From NCBI GenBank assembly GCA_016124515.1, contig WGNN01000081.1, positions 153-64,152 of the forward strand: a stretch of 64,000 nt of DNA, read 5' to 3'. Source of the DNA: a bacterium (GTDB lineage Bacteria; Bacteroidota; Bacteroidia; CAILMK01; JACPUW01). The notes beneath the pieces are model-generated. The model did not search any database. It saw only the letters and a list, made by a program, of their open reading frames with translations, and was not told the DNA's origin. Both the position numbers and the translations under genes were made by a program. The first letter of the stretch is position 1; each line of letters begins with the position of its first letter. Positions 54,411-64,000 of the stretch are shown here, in pieces.

Positions 54411-55121
54411 CTAACGCAAAATATTGCGGATAACCGACAAACTCTTGAGCTCAGCAAAACCACCGCTATGGTAAGCGCAATAACTTATAAGCTTGTCGAG
54501 CAAGCGGTTGCGTAAATCGCGCGGCACATTGGCGGTTTCATTTCTGCGCTCAAGCAATTGCACAAAAAGGGCGGTTTCATCGGCTTGCATGGTATCGTTA
54601 TTTCCCATGGGAATGTTGGTGAATTTTCCTTCGCCCAGATGAAAAAATCGCCCTCCCGCCTCTTGCATGGGGGCAAATCCCTGAGTTTTTGCCACCTCAA
54701 TAAGAAAATGATGCGGCCAATAGGCTGAAGCTTCTTCGGCCCCATTGAGTGCAACAACTTGCGCATACACCTCGTGAAACAAATCGGGTTCGCTGCCTGT
54801 GTTTTTCAAAAGCTGCTTGAGCACATCGCTGGCAAAAATGGCCAATGACGACTTTACCACATTAGATTGAATGATGTTGAGTGGCGGATTGGCACGCACT
54901 TCCTTTATATTTTGCACCTGCTTATTATCACGGAAATAATAAACCATATCGAGCAGGGTAAGCGGTTGCAGTTGCGAAGCGCTTATACGGGCTTTTTTGC
55001 GAAATACCCCCTGCACCATAAAAGGAACCAAACCGTGTTTTTCAGTGAAAATACGCGCTATTACGCTGCTTTCGCCATATTTAATAAAACCCAAAACAAT
55101 ACCCCTACCGGCATGCAGCAT
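54411..55121 (-). CDS. recO: DNA repair protein RecO
   Basis: 236 aa. The N-terminal OB-fold pattern GIVLGFIKYGESSVIARIFTEKHGLVPFMVQGV is typical of RecO. Confidence 0.8.
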   Translation of the reverse strand: MLHAGRGIVLGFIKYGESSVIARIFTEKHGLVPFMVQGVFRKKARISASQLQPLTLLDMVYYFRDNKQVQNIKEVRANPPLNIIQSNVVKSSLAIFASDVLKQLLKNTGSEPDLFHEVYAQVVALNGAEEASAYWPHHFLIEVAKTQGFAPMQEAGGRFFHLGEGKFTNIPMGNNDTMQADETALFVQLLERRNETANVPRDLRNRLLDKLISYCAYHSGGFAELKSLSVIRNILR

Positions 55122-57397
55122 TATCTGATGATCATGATTTTTGAAATATGGGTGGTTTTTCCTTCGCTGTCACTCGACAAAGCAAGATACACACCTGAGG
55201 CTACAGCCTGCCCGTTGAGGGTTTTGCCATTCCAGGTGGCGGTACCTCCCTGTGCAGTGGTTTCATAAACCAGATTGCCCGATATATCGGTTATTTTCAC
55301 GTTGGCATTGGCTACCAAACCGGTGATGGCAATAGGTCCTGAATATCCGGGACGCACCGGATTGGGATACACATACACATTCTTTTGTTCTTTATCGCCT
55401 TCGGTAGCTACCGCGCGGTAGGAACTAATGCCCAGGTCGGTGGCAAAAAACACTTCTCCGGTTTTTTCATTTATGCCAATACTTCGCACTACATCGCTTA
55501 GAATTGGGCTGTTGGATGTGTTGAATTCATACACAATTTTATCGCCTGTGGGGTTGGTTACAAACACACCTTTGTCGGTACCAAACCACTTTTGGTTGGC
55601 GCCATCCACTTTTATACAATTTACTTTTTGTGCCTGCAGCAAGTAGCCTACCGCCTCGCCGTCTTGTATAGTTGGCCGGGTGGCGTCAAATGGCTGTCCT
55701 TTAAATACATTTTCGGGCGAATAAATAACGGCCACGCCATCACCCGTTCCCAGCCACAAATCGCCGTCTTTATCAATGGCCATGCTATACACATCAGGAG
55801 CGGGCAGATTGCCGTTGCCTAGTGATTGGTTAACGAAACGCACCTTGTCGTCGCTTGTATTGAGCGGTGTGCCACCATCGTTAAAAACATAAATACCGTT
55901 GAGGTGAATAATGACCCACTTTTGACCGGAAGCATCCACCAACACATCGTTTACGCGTTTTTCACTCCCAATGTTGAACGACTGCCATTTGCCTTCTGCT
56001 GTTCTTACGGCAAGTTGCTGCTCGGTGTATTGCATGGTCATCCACAGGTTGCCTTGTGTGTCTAAATCTATGCCGGCCATTGATATCCAGGCATTTGAAC
56101 CCGTATCGTTGTCACGTGTAGAGATGGCGCCATCAGAGTTGTTTTGGTCGTAAACGGTTATTTGGTTATTTGCATCAAAAACAGCCAGGCCTTTGTTGTA
56201 GCTCGCCACGTATTTAATACCGCGCTGTGCATCTATGCGCACCTGATGCAAATCGCGCAAAGGCGTGAGCGATGGATTTTTGGAGCCGTTGAAATTGGTC
56301 CAGTGTTGGTTGTCGTACATATACACGCCATTATTTAAAAAGCGTGGGTTGAAGGCCAGATCAACTCCACCACTTGCCACCCAAAGTTCGCCATTGGCAT
56401 AGGCAAAATCCCAGGCAGTAGCGCCTCCGGGACCATTGGGTGTGTAAAATATGGGATCGGGATCAAATTTTATCAGACCATTGTTCCAGTTTGAAAGCCA
56501 CACCGCACCTTTTGAATCGAGCAAACCGTGTGAGGGTGAGCCCGTTACCAGTGAGTCTGCGCGGTAGTTGGTATCGAAATACAAAATGTTGTTCTTTTTG
56601 GTAACCACCAACTTGCTCTGGTAAACATCCATGTGCCTAACCACCGCCCAAGCCATGGGAGCAAAATCGGCAAACACCTGTCCATCATAACTTTGCACTC
56701 TGTTATCGCTCAAATGCAACAGGAGTTGGTTGTTGAAGACTTCCATTACATCGCAGTCCATTTTTAGGTCTGTGCGCCAAAAATTGAAGTCGAGCAAGTT
56801 GTCGTTGATATTTCCGGAGCGCAGGCCCATTTTTGACGATGCATATACGCGACCATTATACACGGCTACATCGTTTATTTCCAGTTGGTTGCCCCGTTCA
56901 TCCAGGTTTAGGTAGGTTTCTCTTATTTCGCGTTTGTCTATGTCATATACCACTATGCCAAAGTTGGTAGCCATGTAGGCCAATCCATTGGAAAAGAAAA
57001 AATTGTTGACCGTTTTGTTTCCCAAAATAGAAGTTGCCTCAGCTATATAAGGAATAGGCACCACGTAGTCGGGTCCCAGCATATCCACCAATCCACCTTC
57101 GTAAGCAATAAAAACATTTTGCGTGGCTTTATCCACATCTATGGTCACCACATTTACACCGCTCAGTCCATCTACTTTTGAAAGCATGGTAACCGAATTG
57201 TCCTTTAGACTTACATAGTACACACCGTTTTCGGTGCCGCAATAAATCCGGTCGTTGGCCTGCACCGCCTTTAGCGCCCTTCTGTAATATAAGTGCGAAC
57301 GCCACTCTCCCAATTTGGCCTGAGCCACCACATTATTTACCAAAAAAAGTGCTAGGCAAAACAAGGCGACTTTTTTCAAAACTGTCATTCTAATCAT
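55121..57397 (-). CDS. Double beta-propeller (two-component-regulator-propeller repeats) protein with T9SS CTD; PorZ-like
   Basis: 758 aa with signal peptide MIRMTVLKKVALFCLALFLVNNVVAQA. It has many Reg_prop-like repeats (WLGT.DGV, WFGTDKGV). The CTD is VYVYPNPVRPGYSGPIAITGLVANANVKITDISGNLVYE...ASGVYLAL. The size, architecture and PNPVRPGY motif resemble PorZ. Its stop overlaps the recO start (TAATG). Confidence 0.55.
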   Translation of the reverse strand: MIRMTVLKKVALFCLALFLVNNVVAQAKLGEWRSHLYYRRALKAVQANDRIYCGTENGVYYVSLKDNSVTMLSKVDGLSGVNVVTIDVDKATQNVFIAYEGGLVDMLGPDYVVPIPYIAEATSILGNKTVNNFFFSNGLAYMATNFGIVVYDIDKREIRETYLNLDERGNQLEINDVAVYNGRVYASSKMGLRSGNINDNLLDFNFWRTDLKMDCDVMEVFNNQLLLHLSDNRVQSYDGQVFADFAPMAWAVVRHMDVYQSKLVVTKKNNILYFDTNYRADSLVTGSPSHGLLDSKGAVWLSNWNNGLIKFDPDPIFYTPNGPGGATAWDFAYANGELWVASGGVDLAFNPRFLNNGVYMYDNQHWTNFNGSKNPSLTPLRDLHQVRIDAQRGIKYVASYNKGLAVFDANNQITVYDQNNSDGAISTRDNDTGSNAWISMAGIDLDTQGNLWMTMQYTEQQLAVRTAEGKWQSFNIGSEKRVNDVLVDASGQKWVIIHLNGIYVFNDGGTPLNTSDDKVRFVNQSLGNGNLPAPDVYSMAIDKDGDLWLGTGDGVAVIYSPENVFKGQPFDATRPTIQDGEAVGYLLQAQKVNCIKVDGANQKWFGTDKGVFVTNPTGDKIVYEFNTSNSPILSDVVRSIGINEKTGEVFFATDLGISSYRAVATEGDKEQKNVYVYPNPVRPGYSGPIAITGLVANANVKITDISGNLVYETTAQGGTATWNGKTLNGQAVASGVYLALSSDSEGKTTHISKIMIIR

Positions 57398-57644
57398 CTT
57401 TTGCTAAAGAAACAGGGCATTTAACGCAAATGTTGCCACGTTATTTGATTGATGCGAATTTAATGTGATGCTTACTGCTGACAGGAAAATTGTGCGGCTT
57501 AAGTTTTATTAACCCAAAACGACCAAACCAATTGAACGGCCACCACGTATTTGCGAGAACTTTAAAGCAATTTTTTATTGTTGAAGTATCTTTAACCACT
57601 CAAAAAAATGTGCAACACTAGTTTTGCAACCATAAAATTGTAGC

Positions 57645-58118
57645 ATGGACAGAAAACACTTACTAACGCTGGTAATTTTTAGCTTGGCAGCTTTTATACT
57701 GGCATTCAGATACCCCGGCGAAAGCAAATTGGAATGGAAAGATTGGGACGAAGGATACGTAGAAGCCAAAAAATCGCACAAAATACTGCTTATTGACACC
57801 TACACCGATTGGTGCGGCTGGTGCAAAAAAATGGATGCCGACACCTATACCAAGGAAAAAGTAATCAGCTATATCAATAAGTATTTTATCCCTGTAAAAT
57901 TCAATCCCGAGCTGAAGAAAAAGTACCATATTGGTGAAAATGAAGTAAGTGGCCGCGAGTTGCTGGCCAGTTTGTCGGGCGGACAAGGGGTAGGCTATCC
58001 CACCACATTTTTTCTGAGCCTTGACAAAAACCAGGTGCAAATGGTATCGGGTTATAAAAACGCCGAAGACTTTATGACCGTACTTCAGGAAAAAGTAAAC
58101 TGGGGCAATAGCAAATAG
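57645..58118 (+). CDS. Thioredoxin-fold protein (DUF255/thioredoxin-like) with CxxC
   Basis: 157 aa with an N-terminal signal/anchor. The active-site motif is TDWCGWCKKMD. Confidence 0.75.
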   Translation: MDRKHLLTLVIFSLAAFILAFRYPGESKLEWKDWDEGYVEAKKSHKILLIDTYTDWCGWCKKMDADTYTKEKVISYINKYFIPVKFNPELKKKYHIGENEVSGRELLASLSGGQGVGYPTTFFLSLDKNQVQMVSGYKNAEDFMTVLQEKVNWGNSK

Positions 58119-58136
58119 CCTGAGTATTTTTGCGGC

Positions 58137-59549
58137 ATGGCCCGCAGGAGCAAACCCAAAGAAATAGCACATGCCACCGTAGCCGACCTTGATGCCAAAG
58201 GACGCGGCGTGGTAAAACACGAAGACATGGTAGTATTTGTACCCGACACTTGTCCTGGTGATGTGGTATCGGTGAGAACCACAAGGAAAAAGAAAAACTA
58301 CTACGAAGGCGTGCTCACCCAACTTGAAGAAGCATCAGCTGAGCGAACAGAACCTTTTTGCCAACACTACGACGATTGCGGCGGCTGCAAATTGCAACAT
58401 ATAAGCTATGGCCAACAACTCAGGTTTAAACAAAAACAGGTTTACGACGCCATAAAACGCATTGCCAAAATTGAATGTGCCGCTTATGAGCCCATTTTAG
58501 GTTGTAGCGAAACCACCCGCTACCGCAATAAACTGGAATTTTCGGCAGCACCCAACCGCTGGATAACCAAGGAAGAAGCTGCCGGCAGCGACAGTTTTAC
58601 CCAAAAAAATGCCCTGGGATACCATATTGCCGGTCGGTTTGACAAAATTCTGCACATAGAAAACTGTCATTTTCAACCCGACCCTTCAAATGCTATAAGA
58701 AACGAGGTATATGCCTTTGCCAACCTACACGAAATACCATTTTACAACCCCAAAACACACGAAGGTATTTTCAGGTCGGTGCTTATCCGCAACAACGACA
58801 AAGGGCACTTTATGGTGGTGGTAATGGTAACCAAGCCGGGCGAATCATTTGCCAAGGAATTGCTACTGCACCTGGCCAATAAATTCCCTGAAATAAAATC
58901 GGGGCAGTATTTTATAAACGACAAGCTAAACGATACCGTTTATGACTTGCAGCCACATTTGGTGAGCGGAGTTGCGGAGCTGGAGCAACACATTGGCCAA
59001 CTGCGGTTTAAGGTTGATGCCAAATCGTTTATGCAAACCAATACCAAACAAACCATAGCCCTGTACAATGTGGCGCGTGAATACGCTGGCCTGCAAGGCC
59101 ATGAAGTAGTTTATGATTTGTTTTGCGGTGTGGGCACCATAGGCATGTACCTGGCCCAAAGTTGCAAAGAAGTAATAGGCATAGAAACGGTACCCGAAGC
59201 CATAGAAAAAGCCCGCGAAAACGCAGATGCCAACGGCGTGCAAAACATACGGTTTGAAACCGGTGCGGTAGAACATGTGCTTACCGATGAGTTCAGACGC
59301 AAGTATCCAGCACCTGATGTGGTGATTACCGATCCACCGCGCATGGGCATGCATGCCAAGGTGGTAGAAGTTTTGCTGGCCATGGCACCCCAAAAAATTG
59401 TGTATGTGAGTTGCAATCCCGCTACACAAGCCCGCGATTTGGCACTGCTGCACGAAAAATACGATTTGATGAAAATAAAGCCCGTTGATATGTTTCCGCA
59501 TACGCCGCACATAGAAAGCGTGGCACTACTGAACCTGAGAACACCCTAA
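58137..59549 (+). CDS. rlmD: 23S rRNA (uracil-5)-methyltransferase RlmD/RumA family
   Basis: 470 aa. It has a TRAM-like N-terminus, the Fe-S Cys cluster CQHYDDCGGCKLQH, SAM motifs (DLFCGVGTIG; VITDPPRMG) and a catalytic VSCNPAT. Confidence 0.85.
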   Translation: MARRSKPKEIAHATVADLDAKGRGVVKHEDMVVFVPDTCPGDVVSVRTTRKKKNYYEGVLTQLEEASAERTEPFCQHYDDCGGCKLQHISYGQQLRFKQKQVYDAIKRIAKIECAAYEPILGCSETTRYRNKLEFSAAPNRWITKEEAAGSDSFTQKNALGYHIAGRFDKILHIENCHFQPDPSNAIRNEVYAFANLHEIPFYNPKTHEGIFRSVLIRNNDKGHFMVVVMVTKPGESFAKELLLHLANKFPEIKSGQYFINDKLNDTVYDLQPHLVSGVAELEQHIGQLRFKVDAKSFMQTNTKQTIALYNVAREYAGLQGHEVVYDLFCGVGTIGMYLAQSCKEVIGIETVPEAIEKARENADANGVQNIRFETGAVEHVLTDEFRRKYPAPDVVITDPPRMGMHAKVVEVLLAMAPQKIVYVSCNPATQARDLALLHEKYDLMKIKPVDMFPHTPHIESVALLNLRTP

Positions 59550-59550
59550 T

Positions 59551-59901
59551 ATGGACGACCAAAAAAACGAACTACTGCTTGAACTGAAACGCGATTTGGA
59601 ATTTTACAAAGAAGCCATTCAGACCATTGCATACGAGATTATAGACAACGATGTGAGCAAATACCCCGTGTTTGTTGCCCACAAAACCGAGGTGGATCTG
59701 GGCCGAAAAATATTGGATGCCGAAGAGCTGGAAGCAAAATGGGATATCAATGCCAGTATTTTGGAAGAGTTTGTAGCCAAAGGACTTATACCTGAAGAAA
59801 AGACCAAATCATTTACTGCGGCATTTAAAAACCCCAAAACCCACATGTGCGTTTTTGTGGCTGATGAACGAAGCGGCAACTTTGTTTTCTTTCCCTACTA
59901 A
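59551..59901 (+). CDS. Hypothetical conserved protein (116 aa), coupled to rlmD
   Basis: ATG lies 1 nt after the rlmD stop (TAATATG). No motif was recognised. Confidence 0.5.
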   Translation: MDDQKNELLLELKRDLEFYKEAIQTIAYEIIDNDVSKYPVFVAHKTEVDLGRKILDAEELEAKWDINASILEEFVAKGLIPEEKTKSFTAAFKNPKTHMCVFVADERSGNFVFFPY

Positions 59902-60011
59902 AAAGCCCCAATCAGGTTGCAAGAGCATAAAATTTTGCAATTTTTCGCAACACTTTGATTGACATACCGTTATTTTTCGAGCCGAAAGCAGCGCTTTCAA
60001 GCAATAAGTAT

Positions 60012-61466
60012 ATGGCTACTATCAACACCGGTACCAACAAAATAATTCTGGGTATCACCGCAGAAGACTGGCAACGCGAAATGCAGGCGGGTGCGCAATA
60101 TTACCATAATGTGGGAGTTTGGGTGGCCATGATTTTTGATCCCATATTCGGAATTACCGATTACATAAATATCCCCGAATCGTGGCAACGGGTTTTTGTA
60201 TTGCGTCTTTTTGTATCGCTCTGCACCTTTGGTGGCTATTTGCTGCACAAAAAAGGGCGCATTTCTACCTACGGCATGGTGGCCATTCCCTTTGCCCTCA
60301 TTTCGTTGCAAAACGCTTACACCTACAGCCTTATAGGTCCTGAAGATATTTTGGGGCACAACCTCAATTACTTAGCACTCTTTTTAGGAGCTTCCTTGTT
60401 TTTGTTGTGGCCGGTTACATTTTCAGTTATTGCCATTGCCTTTTCCTACGCCGCTACCATACTTTTTGTATCGCTCAACCCACAGCTTACCCTGCACGAT
60501 TTTGCGCTTGAAGGCGGCGTGCTGCTGGCCACGGGAGCCATTTTTACCATATTTATGATTCAGGCACGGTTTAGACTCAGGCTCAGGGAAGTGAAAGCAA
60601 GACTGGCCCTGGAGCAAAGTCTTGAAGTAACCGACAGGCAGAAAAAAGAAATAACCGAACAAAACGAAAAGCTGCTGAGCACCACCAAAGAGCTGCAACA
60701 AGCCAAGGATAAAATTGAAAACATGAATGCCCTGTTGCAAGACAACAACGAAATGCTGGAGCAACAGGTGCAGCAAAGAACCCAAAAATTGTCGAAGGCA
60801 AATCATGAAATGGACCAATTGGTGTATTCGCTGTCGCACGACTTCAGAACCCCGCTGGTAAATGTGAAAGGCCTGATAAACCTGGCGGAATACATGGACG
60901 ACAGCCAACAACTGAAAGCTCTCATTGGCAAAATGGACAACAGCGTAAACCGTTTTGATGAGTTGCTGCGCGATATGATGAACTATTCGGTGTATTGGAA
61001 AGAAGAGCTTGTGCCTGCCGAAGTGGATGTAATTCAACTGGTAAACAATAAATGGAAATACCTGCAATACATACACCACAACCAGATGCAGTTGATAACC
61101 GAAGCCGGTAATGAAGCAGATTGGCTAATAAAAAGCGACTACGAGAAGGTGCGGGTGCTTGTTTATTGCCTCATGTCAAACGCAGTAAAGTACAACAAGC
61201 AGGGCGGCTACGTGAAGGTACAAATGGCGCATACCCTTGGCAACACCCAATTGTTGATTGAAGACAACGGCACCGGAATAAAAGAAGAGCACCTGCCCAA
61301 GGTGTTTGATATGTTTTACCGGGGCAGCAGCCTGAGCAGCGGCGCCGGTATGGGGCTCTATATTGCCCGCCAAATATGCGAGCAACTGCAAGGAAGTATC
61401 AGTATAAGTTCGGTTTTTGGCCAAGGAACCAAAGTATTGGTAGAATTGCCCCACATGGAGAAATGA
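60012..61466 (+). CDS. Membrane sensor histidine kinase (multi-TM N-terminus, coiled coil, HisKA, HATPase_c)
   Basis: The ORF opens at TTG 59955, with ATG at 60012. The H-box is LSHDFRTPL, the G1 box is EDNGTGI and the G2 box is GMGLYIAR. No response regulator is adjacent. Confidence 0.8.
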   Translation: MATINTGTNKIILGITAEDWQREMQAGAQYYHNVGVWVAMIFDPIFGITDYINIPESWQRVFVLRLFVSLCTFGGYLLHKKGRISTYGMVAIPFALISLQNAYTYSLIGPEDILGHNLNYLALFLGASLFLLWPVTFSVIAIAFSYAATILFVSLNPQLTLHDFALEGGVLLATGAIFTIFMIQARFRLRLREVKARLALEQSLEVTDRQKKEITEQNEKLLSTTKELQQAKDKIENMNALLQDNNEMLEQQVQQRTQKLSKANHEMDQLVYSLSHDFRTPLVNVKGLINLAEYMDDSQQLKALIGKMDNSVNRFDELLRDMMNYSVYWKEELVPAEVDVIQLVNNKWKYLQYIHHNQMQLITEAGNEADWLIKSDYEKVRVLVYCLMSNAVKYNKQGGYVKVQMAHTLGNTQLLIEDNGTGIKEEHLPKVFDMFYRGSSLSSGAGMGLYIARQICEQLQGSISISSVFGQGTKVLVELPHMEK

Positions 61467-61522
61467 CACCTAGATAACATTGGCTCAAATCACGGCGTAA
61501 AATCCTGAAAATCAAAATATTC

Positions 61523-62452
61523 CTAATAATCTTCATACCAACTGAACAAGCGCGAAACAATGGCTGACTTGTGTTCATCAACATAAGATTTAAAAGCCCT
61601 TGCCACCGGACTATGTCGTTTACCTTTGGGCCAAATCAAACTCCACATAGTGGCTATGGGTAGTCCTTCTGCTTCTATAATATTCAACTGGTTGTTGCTC
61701 AATTCGTTTCTGATACCAATAAGCGGCATTATGGAGTAGCCCAGACCGGCAAGAATGGCTTGCTTCACCGCCTCGTTTGATGTAAGCTCCAGCTTTTTTG
61801 AAGCCGACAGATGCGATGAAGCCATAAAATCTTCCATGGTTTGGCGCGTGCCCGAACCCTGCTCGCGGTAAATGAAGGGCAAATGCGGTGGCAACACCTC
61901 CCCTTTTTGGGCTTGGCTCAGTGGCGAACCCGTTTTGCCTACCAAATACAATTTGTTGCTCAGCAAGTCTATTTTTTCTACGTTCATCTTGTCGGGCAGT
62001 ATGGATACAAGGGCAAAATCCACCTCGTTTTTCTCCAGACTTTCCACCACTTTTTGTTTGTTGGTCACATCCATTATCAACTCCACTCCCGCGTGTTGCT
62101 CCAAAAATTCGCTCAGGAAATAAGGTAGCACGTATTTGCCCGTAGAAACCACCGATATTTTTAACCTGCCGAAAAGCTGCCCCTTGTAAGCCAGGGTTTT
62201 ATTGTTTATTTCATGCACCTGCTGCAAAATGTTTTCCGCGGTGGCGGCTATTTCCTTGCCAAAGTCGGTAATGTACAGTTTGCGCCCCACCACCTCGGTA
62301 AGCGCAATATCAAATTGGTCTTGAAAATTTTTTAATTGAATAGAAACGGCCGGCTGCGTAAGGTGCAATTCTTCCGCCGCCTTGGTGATACTGCCTGTCT
62401 GTGAGATTTTTAAGAAAATCTGGAGTTGGTTGAGCGTGTAATTCATAAACAA
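61523..62452 (-). CDS. LysR-family transcriptional regulator
   Basis: 309 aa. The N-terminal HTH is LNQLQIFLKISQTGSITKAAEELHLTQPAVSIQLKNFQ, followed by a LysR substrate-binding domain. It is divergent from icd. Confidence 0.88.
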   Translation of the reverse strand: MFMNYTLNQLQIFLKISQTGSITKAAEELHLTQPAVSIQLKNFQDQFDIALTEVVGRKLYITDFGKEIAATAENILQQVHEINNKTLAYKGQLFGRLKISVVSTGKYVLPYFLSEFLEQHAGVELIMDVTNKQKVVESLEKNEVDFALVSILPDKMNVEKIDLLSNKLYLVGKTGSPLSQAQKGEVLPPHLPFIYREQGSGTRQTMEDFMASSHLSASKKLELTSNEAVKQAILAGLGYSIMPLIGIRNELSNNQLNIIEAEGLPIATMWSLIWPKGKRHSPVARAFKSYVDEHKSAIVSRLFSWYEDY

Positions 62453-62540
62453 ACATTATACAAAGCATCAAAATTATAAATAAAACTAAATGGAAGAACC
62501 GAAATAGTTTTGTCTCGCAATTAAAAAAACAAACAACACA

Positions 62541-63977
62541 ATGACACGAATTACCATTGCCAAAGGCGACGGAATAGGTCCTGAAATAATGGATGCCACC
62601 CTTGCAATACTAAAAGCTGCCGGTGCGCAATTTGAAACTGATGAAATTGAAGTAGGAGAAAAAGTGTATCTGAAAGGCAATACATCAGGTATTTCGGCTG
62701 AGTCGTGGGATATTATACGCCGCAACAAAGTGTTTTTGAAAGCCCCGATAACTACGCCACAGGGCGGTGGTTACAAGAGTTTGAATGTTTCTACCCGCAA
62801 GTTTTTGGGCTTGTATGCCAATGTGCGTCCCTGCCGCAGTTTCCATCCTTACATCAAAACCAAGCACCCGGTAATGGATTTGGTAATTGTACGCGAAAAC
62901 GAGGAAGATTTGTATGCCGGTATAGAGCACCAACAAACCGACGAAGTGGTGCAATGTCTGAAACTGATAAGCCGTCCGGGATGCGAAAAAATAGTGCGAT
63001 ACGCATTTGAATATGCCAAGCAGCAAAACCGCAAAAAGGTAACCTGTTTTACCAAAGACAACATAATGAAACAAACCGACGGACTGTTTCACGAAGTGTT
63101 TAACGAGATAGCTGCCGAGTACCCTGACATTGAAAACGAGCATTGGATAGTAGATATTGGAGCCGCCAAGGTGGCCGACACACCCGAAGCTTTTGATGTG
63201 ATAGTGATGCCCAACTTGTACGGCGACGTAATATCTGACATTGCTGCACAAATTACCGGCTCGGTAGGTTTGGCGGGCTCATCAAACATTGGCGAGGAAT
63301 GCGCCATGTTTGAAGCCATTCACGGATCGGCACCCCTTATTGCAGGCCAAAATGTAGCCAATCCATCAGGATTGCTGCAAGGAGCCATCTTGATGCTTAC
63401 CCACATTGGACAAAACGAAGTGGCCGAAAAAGTGCAAAACGCCTGGTTGAAAACCATTGAAGACGGCACACACACAGCCGACATATACAAAGAAGGAACG
63501 AGCAAAGAAAAAGTAGGCACCAAAGAATTTGCGGAAGCGGTAATTGCCAATTTGGGCCAAAAACCCAAGGAATTGAAAACGGTGAAATACTCAGGCGACA
63601 GCGCAATGGTGCTGCCTAAATACACCCGCAAACCCGCGCTTGACAAAAAACTGGTTGGCGTTGATTTGTTTGCCCACTGGCGCGGAACCAATCCTGAAGA
63701 AATAGCCGCCATGCTGCACAAAATTGAAACCAACGGCCTGGCCCTTTCAATGATTACCAACCGTGGTATAAAGGTTTATCCACACGGCTTTAGCGAAACT
63801 TTTTGCACCGACCACTGGCGCTGCAGGTTCAAACCCACCAATGGCCGGGAAGTGCGTCCGCAGGATATTATTGACCTTATGCAAAGCGCGGCAAACGGAG
63901 GCATTGAAGTAGTGAAAACAGAAAATCTGTACGCTTTCAATGGCAAAGACGCCTTTTCGCTGGGTCAGGGACAATAA
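62541..63977 (+). CDS. icd: NADP-dependent isocitrate dehydrogenase (isocitrate/isopropylmalate dehydrogenase family, long form with C-terminal extension)
   Basis: 478 aa. It has ITIAKGDGIGPEIMDA, SLNVSTRK, VIVRENEEDLYAG, NLYGDVISD and EAIHGSAP motifs. An extra ~130-aa C-terminal domain resembles the Thermus-type IDH. Confidence 0.8.
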   Translation: MTRITIAKGDGIGPEIMDATLAILKAAGAQFETDEIEVGEKVYLKGNTSGISAESWDIIRRNKVFLKAPITTPQGGGYKSLNVSTRKFLGLYANVRPCRSFHPYIKTKHPVMDLVIVRENEEDLYAGIEHQQTDEVVQCLKLISRPGCEKIVRYAFEYAKQQNRKKVTCFTKDNIMKQTDGLFHEVFNEIAAEYPDIENEHWIVDIGAAKVADTPEAFDVIVMPNLYGDVISDIAAQITGSVGLAGSSNIGEECAMFEAIHGSAPLIAGQNVANPSGLLQGAILMLTHIGQNEVAEKVQNAWLKTIEDGTHTADIYKEGTSKEKVGTKEFAEAVIANLGQKPKELKTVKYSGDSAMVLPKYTRKPALDKKLVGVDLFAHWRGTNPEEIAAMLHKIETNGLALSMITNRGIKVYPHGFSETFCTDHWRCRFKPTNGREVRPQDIIDLMQSAANGGIEVVKTENLYAFNGKDAFSLGQGQ

Positions 63978-64000
63978 ACCATAAGCCACCTGCTAAAAAC

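Noticed and set aside
57663-58322. 219-aa minus-strand ORF covering the thioredoxin-like gene and the start of rlmD. Similar large antisense ORFs occur at 30349-31071 (240 aa), 36845-37534 (229 aa), 42867-43439 (190 aa), 60423-61079 (218 aa) and 62685-63251 (188 aa).
   Set aside because: Each is antisense to a gene with unambiguous family motifs (CxxC thioredoxin fold, BNR propeller, HisKA/HATPase, ABC ATPase, IDH). The translations are low-complexity or His/Phe/Val-rich with no motifs.

Overview
This 64-kb chromosomal segment reads as Bacteroidota. Supporting signs are T9SS type-A and type-B C-terminal sorting domains, a LytS/LytTR pair, an HU_HIG-type HU-like protein, a DUF6364 antitoxin-like gene and a TAnnTTTG-type -7 box. 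It holds about 50 protein-coding genes. I recognised no rRNA, tRNA or CRISPR array. The dominant feature is an 18.3-kb minus-strand array (6192-24479) of three giant paralogous T9SS cargo genes of 2038, about 2016 and about 1790 codons. Each is built from Tyr-rich right-handed beta-helix modules, CARDB, PKD, a CUB-like domain, a GEVED domain, four DUF5011-type Ig units and a T9SS CTD. The third copy is split by one in-frame TAA. Other accessory content: (1) a tandem pair of BNR/Asp-box propeller T9SS cargo genes (29671-34738); (2) a visibly AT-richer block (about 36.8-41.3 kb) with a soluble histidine kinase carrying an extra C-terminal domain, an unknown membrane protein with an EF-hand-type loop, a type-B T9SS cargo gene and a small beta-barrel gene; (3) an AT-rich left end (0.2-6.2 kb) with an IS630 relic, an HU-like gene, LytS/LytTR, a beta-lactamase-fold/TPR lipoprotein and an orphan DUF6364 gene; (4) a 0.7-kb AT-rich insert between a ferredoxin gene and its ferredoxin-NADP reductase. 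Housekeeping genes include cydAB (with a candidate Crp/Fnr operator), DUF72, MscS, a NatAB-like ABC pair, rhomboid, NRAMP, a desaturase, an Omp85-family protein, RlpA, recO, a PorZ-like protein, rlmD, LysR and icd. All family and domain calls come from motif recognition by eye on the supplied translations and DNA. No database search, HMM scan or folding calculation was run.
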